From: Minutocellus sp. GHC0000111
Taxonomy: Eukaryota
NCBI GenBank assembly: GCA_977018835.1
Contig: OZ361260.1
Span: 682,001 to 746,000, forward strand
Reading direction: 5' to 3'
DNA length: 64,000 bases
Position 1 is the stretch's first letter. Each line of letters starts with the position of its first letter. Under the pieces are notes generated by a model. It was not told where the DNA came from, did not search any database, and saw nothing but the letters and a program-made list of their open reading frames with translations. A program made the position numbers and the translations under genes. Below, piece by piece: positions 11,183 through 22,794 of this stretch.

Positions 11183-14100
11183 ATGCCACGCGGTGCCAAG
11201 TCTGGTCGGCATCGCTCGTCGTCGACGAGTTCGTACAATGATGCGATGAAAGCCTCCACTAGCATGATCGGCCGTGGCGCAACTCAAACTTCCCAATCGT
11301 CAACTCCAGAGGATCTCGATGCATGTAACAAGTTGTTCAAATTGTTGGCGAGCGACCTTTCGAGTGGCGGTGCTGGATCAGGCGGTAGCTTTTTGCATCA
11401 GCTGGCAGCAATCGGCGGCGCAGGGTCGTCAGATGTGTCTGTAAATGAACTGAGTATTGCCCATGTGCTGCTGGAGAGGGCGACACAGCTTGATCGGGTC
11501 AATGCAGAAATTCGTGGCGGCTCGTCAACAAACAAAAAGGGAAAGAAGACGCAAACGCATTCAAACGACCATCATCGGTCTGGTCATGTGAAATCGTTGC
11601 TCCTTGCTCCCGACTTGGAATGCGATTACACGCCCCTTCACAACTCCATGTACTCACGGAGTCTGCGCTCGATATTACTGCTGCTTCGTCATGCAGCTGC
11701 AAGGGTCCAAGATGAGCAGAACGATGATGCACAGCTTATGAATCGAATAAAGCTTCATCCCATTTTGATGTTGGATGGCGATGAATCCAGTAGATCGGCG
11801 AAGAAGAAGAATCGAACTTCTGATGATAATCTGCTCATGAATGTGGTTCTAGCAAGGGACGCCGAAGGACTGACGCCGTTGGGACTGCTAAGCAAGAGCA
11901 TGAGCAGCGATTTAGCACGATGTCGTCGATATTTGCAGCAGCTTCGGATGGACGCTCTTGGTCTGGCGGGCGCTGGTAGAGATCGATCAATTAGTTTGGT
12001 CGATGATGCCGAGGAGGGCGATGATGACACAGATGATGGTGATGATCGAGTGAACAGTGGCAGAATGCGAGGCACAAGCTTCGGGAACATCCATGATGTA
12101 GACCTCGATGCGGATGGAGTTGATGGTGACGCAGCCGCGGCGCTTCGAGGTCGTGGCAACGAGTTTCAGGCATTGCAGGGCGGCGGCCGTGATGAGAATG
12201 CACCACCTGACGATAGTGATAGTGGTGACGATGCCGGTAATGGTGATGTGCCCCGAGATAGAGAGGCGATACGACAAACGCTTTTGACTCAAAATATGAG
12301 TACGTACGGTTGTGAGGTCATGACATTCGGCCGAGCAGACCATTGTGCGTTGGGTGTTCCTCACTTTGCCAGCCGGCGTCGGGTGGAGGACGCCACTGCG
12401 ACTGCTGCAAATGGTGGAAGTTCTACTAGGGGTACTGGAGCCTCTTCATCTGTCAGACCTCGGCGTGTTGAAGCTTTTGCGCTCGGTGACATGGGAAGAA
12501 ATTTTTATGATAAAAACAATGATGAATACGACGAGCATGATGAGGAATGCCATGGATCAGCAGTAGTCGTCGCTGCCGCGGCTCACCACACACTTGTTGC
12601 AACGGCCAAGGGTCACGTGCTAGCATTTGGGCTCGGTAAGACTGGCCGGCTTGGCACCGGCGATGAGAATCATCGGCCTCTTCCAACTCGTGTCCTCGGC
12701 CCTCTTGCTCGCCGGCATGTTCTCTCCATCGCCGCCGCTGTGAATCACTCTCTGTGCTCGACGTCAGACGGAGGTCTTTACTCCTGGGGCAGTGATCGAT
12801 TTGGTCAGCTTGGTCTCGGAACTGTGTCCAGTGGTGGGAGCAAGGCCAAAGCTTCTTCTGATGGTGCCGTTGAGCAACGATGCATACCGCGGAGGGTCGA
12901 ATCGATGCGCAATGCTTTCGTTGTTGCCGTTGCTGCAGGGGATCGCCACTCCGTTGCCTTAACTCGGAGGGGCGAAGTTTATTGCTGGGGAGATAATTCC
13001 AAAGGTCAACTGGGTATGATGCTCCGAGGAGAGAGCCGAGGGAAGAAGAGTGGAAGCCCAGGTTCAAATACTTCCTGCTGCGATCGACCAACGCGAGTCG
13101 ATGCTTTGTGGTTATCCTCACCGAAGAAGCGAGTTGCTTCCATCGCTGCCGCCGAACAATCGACATTGGTGCTCGCTCTACCGACCCGCCTCAATGAGTC
13201 ATCGGGAGCTTCGTCTCTGCCGGTGAATAGTGTATATAGTTGGGGGCATGGAAACTCCTCGCCGGTCAAAATTCATTTTCCTGCAACCGACACGAGCAAT
13301 AAGGGTGCCGACCACAGTGGTCATGAGCGACTAGGGCGCTTCTCTGGCCTCAATGTGAATCCGATCAGTATTTCGGCCGCCAAACACCACAACGCAGCAA
13401 TTACTTCCGATGGTCGGTGCTTCACTTGGGGGCTGCATTCGGAACCACTTGGCGTGTCCTCGGATGGAAATGGTGATGCGGACGGTTGGGAATCAGGAGA
13501 TCGGAGGGTGAAGAGAACCTCGTCGGCTGGTAGCATGGTGATCGCTTCGCCTCAGCTTGTAACGGGAATGCTCCCAGAGAATGGCGGTGGCCTTGCTGTT
13601 GCTGTATCCGCCAGCGAAAACCACACAGCCATCCTCACGGGTAAGAGTTTTGTATTGTTCCTGTGCAGCTTCATTTAGCCACCACAACGCACATGTTCCC
13701 TCACCCCGTGTTTTATTTTCGTGCACTTCGCCCTAAACATGTTTCAGATTCTGGCCACCTCTATACGCCAACGAGACGAATGACGTGCTCGGTCACAAAG
13801 GCGTACGGTATCAGCCCGTTCCTCGAAGAGTGCCGGGAGTTCATCGTGCTATTGGTATTGCCGCTGCGAAAGAGCACACCGTCCTCCTCATTGGCACAAG
13901 CTTCCCCTCTCTCTCGACACCTACTTCTACATCCAACGTGAAGCAACCGGAGAAGCCTCCGGGTGTTCCTTCGCTTCAAGCTTTAGCAACTCAACAGATT
14001 GCCAAGCATATCGACCTCTTCAATGCGCTTCCACTTCTGATCCAGTCAGAACGAATGGGTTGCTGTACCCTGATATCGCACTGCACGAGATTCATTCGAC

Positions 14101-15731
14101 GAAATCTCGACGCAGTCATTGCGCTGGCCAAGAAGAAGGACCTCGACATGTTCCTCAACGAGAGCATCACCAGATTTCTATCTCTGCCTGATAACGAGAA
14201 CGAGGAAGATGGTATCTCTGATGGTCCTTTACATCCGCTCCTGTTTGACATCGCCAGAAGTGGCGCTGGAGAATTAGGCGAGATTGATGTTGAGGGCCTT
14301 CGATGGATGGCAAGTAGCAAAGAAATGCTGCTTTCTCTTCCTGCGTCCACGTTTTCCACATCTTCAAGTAATGCCGCATTGCGCATCCCTCGTTCAGAGA
14401 TAAAATTGATACCAGCCAATGACGAGGAAGTAGCAAAGAGACTGGAAGTCGAGTGCAAATTATCTACCAGTACCACCGAGATTGCTTCCAGGGCCAAATC
14501 TACACCGAGTTCTATCGAATCAGACTCGAAGGTACAGGTCAAGAAAGCGAAAATGTTCGAAGATGGCAAGATACTCGCCGAGGACAACGCTGAGGGCGAT
14601 AATGCACCGCCTCCGTCCCCAGCAGCAGCATCTCAGTACCGGTGTGGTTTATGCGACATATCGTGCCCTGACGAGAATGCTCTCACAATGCACTTGGGAG
14701 GCAAGAGACATCGGAATCGCGCCAAGCAAGCGGAAGAAGAAGAAAAAAAGGCGGCCGCTGCAGCTACGCTGGAAGCCAAGCGTCGCCAATTGCTAGCGGC
14801 AGATCAGGTAGAAGCAAGGGCGCAGCCACAGGCGAGAAAATCTCCTTGGACATCATCACCAGCCGAGCCAGTCCCTCAACCAAGGTATCGCCTCGAACCC
14901 CCTCCACCTCCCATCTACGAGAGCATGGACCATACACCGCAGAAACCTGCAAATCACCCACCTTCCTGGTCGCCAGCTAGCGGCAAGGTCTTGCAAATGA
15001 ATAGCAGTGGTGGTCAAAAGATCGCAACAAACTTCCAAAGGATCCTCGAAGAGGAGCAGCAATTAAGGCATGCGAAGCCAAAACCACCCCAGGCTCCCCC
15101 AAAGCAAGGTGCCGCGTATGCCAAGAAACCGTCGCTTCCATCATCGTCCCCTGGCACAAAAAAGATGTCCCTCGGTGCATTCCTGGAGCCGAAGCGGCCG
15201 CCGGCAAAAAAGAAAGAAGGACCTGCTTGGGCAACGAGTCCGCCACCAACCCCTGCCGCTTCGACTGCCCGATCATATCATTCCACCACCTCATTATCAT
15301 CATCATCAGCTCAAGCCCCTCGCCGCAAGACAAGCTTTAACGAAATCCAACGCAAGGAGGAGGAACTGAAAGCGAAGCAGGATGGAATGTCAGCAGTTGG
15401 TATAGAAGGTCAGTGGTATGTTGAACGCAGAGAACGAGCAGCATCTATCACAGCCATCGCCCAAGAAGAGGAGGACATGCAACGACTCATCGAAGAACAG
15501 TTGGCGATCGAAGAACAGATCCAGCAAGAGCAAGCGTTTATCAAGGAGCAAGATGAGAAACGTGGGCATAATTCGTCGAGGAGCAGAGGCCAGGGGAAGA
15601 ACGCAAACTCTCGACAGAAGTCTGGAAGGGGTGGCCAGGGTGGTAGAGGTCGTGGGCGAGGAGGAGGGAAGGGACGGGGTGGCCGCGGAGGTCAAGGTCG
15701 AGGCCGGAGTGCAAGTCGAAAAGAAACTTAA
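11183..15731 (+). CDS. RCC1-repeat protein (IBtk-like architecture) with ankyrin-like motifs and a U1-type C2H2 zinc finger; intron 13641-13747, small deletion ~13767
   Basis: 'DLECDYTPLH' and 'DAEGLTPL' ankyrin-like motifs; several RCC1 repeats (FGLGKTGRLG, WGSDRFGQLG, WGDNSKGQLG); 'YRCGLCDISC...HLGGKRH'; 'SFNEIQRKEE'; RGG tail; GTAAG...TTTCAG intron. Confidence 0.8.
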
Positions 15732-15819
15732 TCCTTGCTGCTATCAATGAATAAAATAGCACAAGACAGTAATTTTATTTACATGAAACTATGAACGATA
15801 TGAAGGCGGAGCTGTGCCT

Positions 15820-16872
15820 CTACTGGAAGAATCTGTCGATACTAGTCGACAAAGACTCAACATCTCCGCAAAGAGCTCCGTATTCGCCCATTATTTTGTA
15901 CTCATCGAGCATCGTTTTCCCATTTTCGTTCAACAGGACAAGTTCTGACCTCCCTCCACCGAGCGGCTCCATTTCTCCTCGCAATTCAGACATGTAGTTT
16001 GGTGAGCACTGTTTGATCTTGTATGCGATGAGCTTCCTCCTGAGCCCCTGGAATTGTCTCTTGCTGATAGGCATCGTTGTCTCCTCATAAATTTCTTCAC
16101 AATTCGCTCCCTCAAACCAAAGGTTAGTCATTGTCTTGACAATTGCGAAAGAATCGATGGTCTCAAATGGGACAGAATCGACGGTGTAGCTGGTCGTTTC
16201 GGCGCACGGGAAAGAACCTCCTCTGAGGGTGAGGTGCATTGAAGCAACGTTATTGACCTTATTCCTCGTAAACTTCATGCGCTTCGTCTTCTTCTCTGCT
16301 GCCCTTTTCAGCCTGGATAAAAATCCATCGAACCCGGCACCGTCTCCACATATGCCTCCCTGTCCATGTTGGCAAGGACAGCTGTCGGACCATGCGGAGA
16401 CAAATGGATTTTCATCAAAAGGGGAAGTGTACAGCGATGCCCTATACATTCCAGCCCCGGAACATTGCTCGCAATCAAATGACGGGTCACACTCCTTTAT
16501 CTGGCGGCGAAACTGCCTAAGTACCTTGTTGTATTGCTTTGGAGCGATCCTGAATTCACGAAGTTTCCCAGAGGTGCATTCCCTCGTGGCGGGGTCTTCT
16601 TCATCAGATTCGACAGCGATATGATTGGAATACACGGAATAGGTCGTCTTGTGACATCCTGGAATCGATGGGTTGTCAACAACATATGTCAAACGCTCGA
16701 CGGCCTGCGTCTGAATAGTTCGGTATCGCATTTCCTCATGCGGCAAGGCGTCATAGCCTACATTGTGTATACTTTCCAGGTGATCATCGGTGCAACAAGA
16801 CGGATGTACATGTGTGAGGAGGAAGGCGGTGCTGAAAAGGAGAGAGTGTGTGAAAAGTTTGGGGGACATCAT
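15820..16872 (-). CDS. Secreted Cys-containing hypothetical protein with two tandem related domains
   Basis: ATG at 16872 followed by a signal peptide. Two ~150-aa halves share spaced motifs (C..TTYSV/C..TTSYTV, I..KQY/I..RQF, IKEC.P/IKQC.P, GGICGD/GALCGD). Confidence 0.65.
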   Translation of the reverse strand: MMSPKLFTHSLLFSTAFLLTHVHPSCCTDDHLESIHNVGYDALPHEEMRYRTIQTQAVERLTYVVDNPSIPGCHKTTYSVYSNHIAVESDEEDPATRECTSGKLREFRIAPKQYNKVLRQFRRQIKECDPSFDCEQCSGAGMYRASLYTSPFDENPFVSAWSDSCPCQHGQGGICGDGAGFDGFLSRLKRAAEKKTKRMKFTRNKVNNVASMHLTLRGGSFPCAETTSYTVDSVPFETIDSFAIVKTMTNLWFEGANCEEIYEETTMPISKRQFQGLRRKLIAYKIKQCSPNYMSELRGEMEPLGGGRSELVLLNENGKTMLDEYKIMGEYGALCGDVESLSTSIDRFFQ

Positions 16873-17391
16873 CACATCAGATGCAATGAGTGAACAGGCG
16901 ATAGATCGAATCCCCGTCAGGGAATGGGCACTGAGGAAGTTCGCTTGATACTTTATAGTGGAATGCAATAGATTGTGGGAGCTAACATTGCCCTTACTGT
17001 GAATGAACGAGAACCGGTAATCACGAGTATCGGCTGGGCCTATTTTTGGCCCTTAATTAGGTTGGCAACCTGATGGCAAGCTTCCGGTCTTTTGATTTGT
17101 GTGTCGAGACTCAGACAAATGTCGCAGTCATTCTGTTTCGAGCATAAATTATCATGGGCTTACGTGTACATGTATGTTGGCATACATGTACATGTATAAC
17201 AATTTTCTACGTAGACGTTTATAGGATCGATATAATCAGAAGATGAGAAGCGAAGAAAGTAGGATAAGCAAAGCCAGCCGCAAATAATTACTCATACATG
17301 TACATATTACGTACCCTACGTTGTACCTAGGTACTGCTATAAACACACTTCTATCCCGTATCTTTTAATCTAATCGTACATGTAGACCAGC

Positions 17392-18486
17392 TTACCGGTA
17401 CTTTTCGCCATTTTCTTCCCCAACATGCATCTCCATCTCTTCGATCAGCAGCAGCTTCTCAGCAATCTCTCTTTCGGAGTCATCCAACGGCCACGGTTTA
17501 TTCGTTTCCAGAGCCTTGCGAGCCCACTGCTTGGTCAACTCATTGCTTTTTTCGAGACAATTTAGGCCCATCGAGTGATCGAGGGCCATACTTAGGCACG
17601 CATTGGCATGGCCGGCATTGGCTGCTATCTTGATAAGCTCTATGCCGAGCCCTTCGTCCCGATCAACACCGGTGCCCTCAACCAACCATTCTCCGGCCTC
17701 GCACATTCCTTCTACATCACCCATATCTGCAGCACGTTTCCACAGAGCATAGGCCTTCTTTTCCTCGTCGGGGCTTGGACTGTAGCCACCGTCTCCGTCC
17801 GGATCCGTTAAAATATACGCAAGATCAACCATTGCGCGTGGGTTTCCACCATCACTTTCCTTCTTCGTTGCCATGAGGTCACGCCAAAGATCAGTGAGAT
17901 GGTTATCGAGAATGCCAATCTCTACGAGATGAAAGATGGCATTGCGGGCCTGATAAGCAGGAATGATGGCTGATCCAATGATTTTGTCGTATACCGGCGA
18001 GGGAATAAAACACTGTAAGTTGCCACTGGTATGCTTATCGATGTATTCAGCGATTGCCTTGCGCTCATATAGAATGGAACCATCGCCTTCAATCATAACA
18101 GGATTGTAGAGAAGATCACCTGTAAGAGGACAAGTGTAGGCTCTAGCGATCGATGCAGATGAATCCTTGATCCGCTTGACAAACTTGGCGTCCTCCTCTT
18201 GTTCCTTCTTGCGCTTCTGCGATGAGAGAGTTTCGGCCTTGTTGGGACCAATATTACCAGCGGAGAGGTTGCCATCAGGGCCGTCATCACCAGATACAAT
18301 ACGTCTCAAATCGTAGAGTGCTGGAGTCTCTCGAAAGATATCCTGATTGGTAAAGACTGTGCCATCGTCGTTGCTCCTGGCCTTGGTTCGACGAAGGCCA
18401 TACCGAGAAGGTTCGATGGGACCCTTGGCTGTAGAGGACCGTTCCTCGATATCATTCCACAGACTCTTGAGTTCTCGGAGAGACAT
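17392..18486 (-). CDS. U-box plus Sel1-like repeat protein
   Basis: U-box 'YTCPLTGDLLYNPVMIEGDGSILYERKAIAEYI...SPV'; Sel1 repeats 'ALWKRAADMGDVEGMCEAGEWLVEGTGVDRD' and 'IAANAGHANAC'. Confidence 0.8.
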   Translation of the reverse strand: MSLRELKSLWNDIEERSSTAKGPIEPSRYGLRRTKARSNDDGTVFTNQDIFRETPALYDLRRIVSGDDGPDGNLSAGNIGPNKAETLSSQKRKKEQEEDAKFVKRIKDSSASIARAYTCPLTGDLLYNPVMIEGDGSILYERKAIAEYIDKHTSGNLQCFIPSPVYDKIIGSAIIPAYQARNAIFHLVEIGILDNHLTDLWRDLMATKKESDGGNPRAMVDLAYILTDPDGDGGYSPSPDEEKKAYALWKRAADMGDVEGMCEAGEWLVEGTGVDRDEGLGIELIKIAANAGHANACLSMALDHSMGLNCLEKSNELTKQWARKALETNKPWPLDDSEREIAEKLLLIEEMEMHVGEENGEKYR

Positions 18487-18868
18487 GATGTTGTAGACTG
18501 AATTACTGGCAAAAGAGTTGTTGATCCGCTTTTGATTCTTAGATTGTGAGTAGATGTCGTTGGTATTCCGATGCCGTGATGGTACCATTACTGTTTCACC
18601 AGTCACGTCACACAAAAATCTAACGTCCATACATGTAAAAGTGTGTGCCATGTTGCAATGTGCCACTCTCTCTTCACCTTGAGACAAGGTGGCAGTCAGT
18701 TCTTATAAAAGGGTACTTTTACAATTTTCATTTAGCATGTTGCAATGTCGTGAAATCATATCTCTTACATTTTTTATCAAAGTAAACATGAAAACATGTA
18801 CTGGCTCATCATGGCCTCGATGCTCCTAGTCTTAGGGCCGACCACCATTTTGCTATCGACTCGTGTCT

Positions 18869-19675
18869 CTATTCGGCAAGAGCAGCAAGAACTTCCCTTG
18901 CACGCTGGATCTGTTTCGCAGTCAAATCACGTACCTCGAAAGGGCCGCGGACTGTTCGCTGTAGCCAGTTCTGGGCCTCTTCCCTGTCCATTGGGAGGTC
19001 ATGCTCACCGGAGGCATACCAGAGGCCGAGATTGAAGCAGGCCTTGTCGCATCCCTGTTCGGCAGCGGACGTTGTCAAGCTGACGCCGTGGGTTGTGTTA
19101 CGCTCGACGCCCGTGCCATGAACGAGGCATGAGCCGCATGCATTGAGTCCTCGAATACTGCCGTAGTTCGCCGCCGTCTTGTAGAATTGGTAGGCCTTGT
19201 TGTCACTCCTTGGTAGACCACGGATGCCATGCTGGCACCATCTACCAAGAATGTACGCAGCACCGCCGTCACCAGCTTTCACCTTTTCAACGAGCTCGTC
19301 CACTCTCTTCTTATTTTGACGGTTGACCCAATTGGCGGCAAGCTTGCCACGAATGAAGCCGTGCTTGATGAACCACTCGATAAGGTCGGTGCAGGTATCC
19401 AGCAGATTATCCATGGCACTACGCATCGAATCGATGCTGAGCAGCTGCATGAGATTTATGCCGTCATTGCCGTTCTTGGCCTCCATGAACTTGGTCCACA
19501 GAATATGGGCACAGGCACTCAATGCCAGAGTTTGCAACCAGGCGGCGGCAGTGGAATCAGAGGTTACGAACCACCAAGTTGCACTAATGGTGGAGCGGAT
19601 AATCCAGACGAGCGAGGTGACTCCAACGCCGATGACGGTGCGCAAGACGGACGAGGTGGCAGGAGCGGCAGGCAT
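18869..19675 (-). CDS. Sel1-like repeat protein
   Basis: 'GDGGAAYILGRWCQHGIRGL', 'YKTAANYG...CGSCLVHGTGVERN', 'AAEQGCDKACFNLGLWY'. Confidence 0.8.
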   Translation of the reverse strand: MPAAPATSSVLRTVIGVGVTSLVWIIRSTISATWWFVTSDSTAAAWLQTLALSACAHILWTKFMEAKNGNDGINLMQLLSIDSMRSAMDNLLDTCTDLIEWFIKHGFIRGKLAANWVNRQNKKRVDELVEKVKAGDGGAAYILGRWCQHGIRGLPRSDNKAYQFYKTAANYGSIRGLNACGSCLVHGTGVERNTTHGVSLTTSAAEQGCDKACFNLGLWYASGEHDLPMDREEAQNWLQRTVRGPFEVRDLTAKQIQRAREVLAALAE

Positions 19676-20118
19676 GGTGGAGCTAGTGTTGGTTTAAGGC
19701 AGGTGATACGGCGAACGTACGTAGCGAGGGTCAAGAGGTTTTGATCGCCGGGGGCGACACAAATGACAGAAAGTGAGAAGATAGCATGCAAAGAGCTGTG
19801 GCCGAAGGCAGCTCTCACCGACGAGTCTCGACATGCCTCCCCGATGGATGTCGATGGATCGGGCTTTTCGGGTCGGAATGAAATAATTATGTCCATTCAA
19901 ATCAAATCAAATCATCCGCGCTGCATGGGCATGGATGGTACGTGCACCTCGGTGGTAGGCCTTTCCCTCGCCATGAATACAGCTGTGCGACCGTAATACG
20001 TCGAATGGTGCTGTGATGACGTTCATCTCCAAAGAGGAGGCTCGGGATGACATGGCCTCCATCACTCATCTTTCTTCCATACATTATTCACAGCAAGTCA
20101 CCTACAGCTGTAGCTAAG

Positions 20119-21132
20119 CTAAAACAGATACTTCTTCCTCCGTTGCATGGTCTGGATGGTCCGCCGGGCGCTGTTGGTCATGCCATGCAGCTCGCCCACT
20201 CGGCCCTGGGCGCTCTCGATGGTCTCACGATTCCGTGAGAGCTCCTCCGTGATGGTGCCCGCAGTCGCCTCGGTGTCGGCCATGACTCTCCGGGCACTCT
20301 CCAATGTAGTGTTCTGCGATGCCAGCGTGGCATTGGCCCGCTCCGCCTTTTCGAACAGCGACGAACGGTACGCGTTGGCGGCAGACGAGCGGCCCTTGGG
20401 AGTATTCCGATTGCTCCGGTTGCTCTTGCTCGACTGTTTGTAGCTCAATTCGTCTTCATCGGGCGGGGGTGGCATGGCCTTGCCATCGCACGATTCCTCG
20501 TGCCGGCAGGCCTCATCGTAGTCAGCGAACTTGGCCACCTTGCACACATCGCACGTCCACTGCTTGACCTTCTTGGACTTTTTGGAATTGCTGCTGGTAG
20601 GAGCATCAGCATCAGCATTGTCATTGGCATTGGTATCAGCTGCACCGCTACCACCATCACCACTGTTCTCCTCAAACTGTACCTCCTCCGTCATCTCATT
20701 AGCTCGATCCACGTCCTGCAACCGCGCCCGGACCGTCCGACACTCCGCCCGGAGCGCATTGCACATGTCGCTGCACCCGTCCAACCGATGGCGCAAATCG
20801 GCCAGCACCGCCTGACCCTTTTGTCGTGTAGAGCGCGACGACCTCGACAGGGCCTTGCTGACGATGCGCCACTCCACCTCCATCTGGTCCAGGCGATCGG
20901 ACGCCTGCCCGAGCAGCATCGAGGCCACCTGGACGTGCTCCATGTCCGCCATGAGGGTGGCAGCCTCGGCGTCGGAGTCTGGTGGGGGAGTTGGCGAGCC
21001 GTCTTCCGATGAGGATGTTGTGCTGGCCTTCTTCGCCGGCGCAAGGTGGCTGCTCACTTGCGCCAGAGAGCAGCCGGCCTTGGCCACCAGGGCAACAAAT
21101 TGCTCCTCGTACTTGTCAAAGGTGGTGGACAT
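20119..21132 (-). CDS. VTI1-like Qb-SNARE lacking a C-terminal TM helix, with an inserted Cys/His motif
   Basis: N-terminal 'FDKYEEQF', 'LDQMEVE'; SNARE motif 'LESARRVMADTEATAGTITEELSRNRETIESAQGRV...ARRTIQTMQRR'. Confidence 0.75.
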   Translation of the reverse strand: MSTTFDKYEEQFVALVAKAGCSLAQVSSHLAPAKKASTTSSSEDGSPTPPPDSDAEAATLMADMEHVQVASMLLGQASDRLDQMEVEWRIVSKALSRSSRSTRQKGQAVLADLRHRLDGCSDMCNALRAECRTVRARLQDVDRANEMTEEVQFEENSGDGGSGAADTNANDNADADAPTSSNSKKSKKVKQWTCDVCKVAKFADYDEACRHEESCDGKAMPPPPDEDELSYKQSSKSNRSNRNTPKGRSSAANAYRSSLFEKAERANATLASQNTTLESARRVMADTEATAGTITEELSRNRETIESAQGRVGELHGMTNSARRTIQTMQRRKKYLF

Positions 21133-21373
21133 GCTTAAATGTAACGGCAGTTACAAGTGGTTGGGTTCCCTGCTATGCTATCTGCTCGCCTTCCGATGAG
21201 CAGAGTGAACTCGACGGGTTCTTGCTCGAAATTTCGTCGTTTCGGCGTAGTTTGGATCGGCGAGATTTTCAGGCAGATTGAGGGACCCGCCGTTGAAGCT
21301 CATCTTCGGCGCCAGGGGACGATGGACGCCGATGGCGTCCACAATACCCCACCCACGCAAGTCAACGAACACG

Positions 21374-22562
21374 ATGATTCGAGTATTGGCAGTGCTCTGT
21401 GCTCTTTGGGGCCCTCCGCGGCGTTTGTGCCGGGTTCCGTATCTTCCAGCACATCATACCATATCTCAGCTCTCTCCATGTCACTTTCAAATCAATCTGA
21501 TACATGTATGAACCGACTGTTAGGCGATCGGCCCTCCTCCTGCCAATCTCACTCTCCATGGCATCATGCTTATCCAAACCCTCCATAGCATTTGCCAATA
21601 CTGATACCATGACCACCACCAATGCCCAATCTGCCCCCTCCTTGGCCGAATTGATTCAATCAACCAACCTCAAATCACCCAACACCACACCCTACATATC
21701 CAACCCCAATCCAAGTGCCATTACCACCATCCGTCTCGATTCGCCACGCAAGTATGCCGGCTTGGAGCTATACGACGTCACCATCGGCACACCGCCGCGC
21801 AACGTCGTGGCAGTCCGTTCGGTCCGCGCCGATGGCGAGGGTGCCAGGTCCGGCGCGCAGCGGGGGATGATACTGATGGACTTTGCCGATGCCAAGAGCG
21901 TGGTGAAGCGGGTCAGTGCCGGACCGTACCCGTTGGAGTTGCGGCTGTACAACCTGGCGCTTGGGGGGGATGCCATTGGGGATTTGGGCGAGAGCATCGT
22001 CAGTGCCGAAGATGCTTTGGAGTTGGCGGCCAAGACTTCGGGGGAGAGGGTGGAAAAGGCCGATGCCAAAAAGTTTGCCGAACGACAAGCCTTTGGTGGG
22101 GCCGCCGATGGGGAGGGCGAGGATGACTCATTGCAGCGGGCCAAGCAGGGGTTGGCAATTTCAACCATCCGTAAGGCCAGGGGGAAGTGCGCTGTTCAAT
22201 CACGACGAGGAGATACCATGGAAATCCGGTACGAGGCCCGAGTCGGTGATATGTTTGGACCCGTTTATGATTCATCGTCGTTCCGTGGAACTGGACAGCC
22301 GTATGCTTATGTGTTGGGCAATAACGATGTGATCAAGGGGGTGGATTTGGGTACCTACGACATGTGTCCTGGTGAAGTTAGAGAATTGACTATACCAGCT
22401 GAGCTTGGTTATGGGGCTAAGGGGTCGAGATTGTTCAAGCAGATTGGTCCCAACGCTCAGTTGTGGTGGAGGGTGGAGCTCGTGGCATTGAATTTCATCA
22501 AGGAGGGCGAGAATGACAACCCAAGGGATGAGCTCTATGAGGGTCTGACGAAGGGTTTGTAG
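21374..22562 (+). CDS. FKBP-type peptidyl-prolyl isomerase, plastid/thylakoid-lumen targeted (frameshifts ~21400 and ~21505)
   Basis: Signal peptide MIRVLAVL.. and SAA-F motif lie in adjacent frames, followed by a twin-Arg 'RRSALLL...AFA' signal. FKBP domain: 'GDTMEIRYE...YDSS..RG...VLG...VIKGVDLG...MCPGEVRELTIPAELGYG'. Confidence 0.85.
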
Positions 22563-22794
22563 ATACTAGGAGAAGTACAGGTTTATGGTGAATTGAAAGT
22601 TGTAAGGGAAGAGGCACAGAGGGAACGTGTTGTTGTCCTAAACAGTGTTACTGTCACAGAAGGTCGAAGACCGTTAGATTTATCGGCGAAGTTAGCCGTT
22701 TGTTTTTCCCGAGGCATTCGCACTGCTTCCCAGGTCTCACAACAGACAACAAGCCATCCCAAAAATGATCTCAATGCATTATACAAGTACAACA

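Noticed and set aside
17010..17125. Small hairpins and a TATTTTTGG Sm-like site suggesting an snRNA
   Set aside because: The Sm-like site sits in a hairpin loop, and no U1/U2/U4/U5 signature (ACTTACCTG, GTGTAGTA, GCCTTTTAC) is present.
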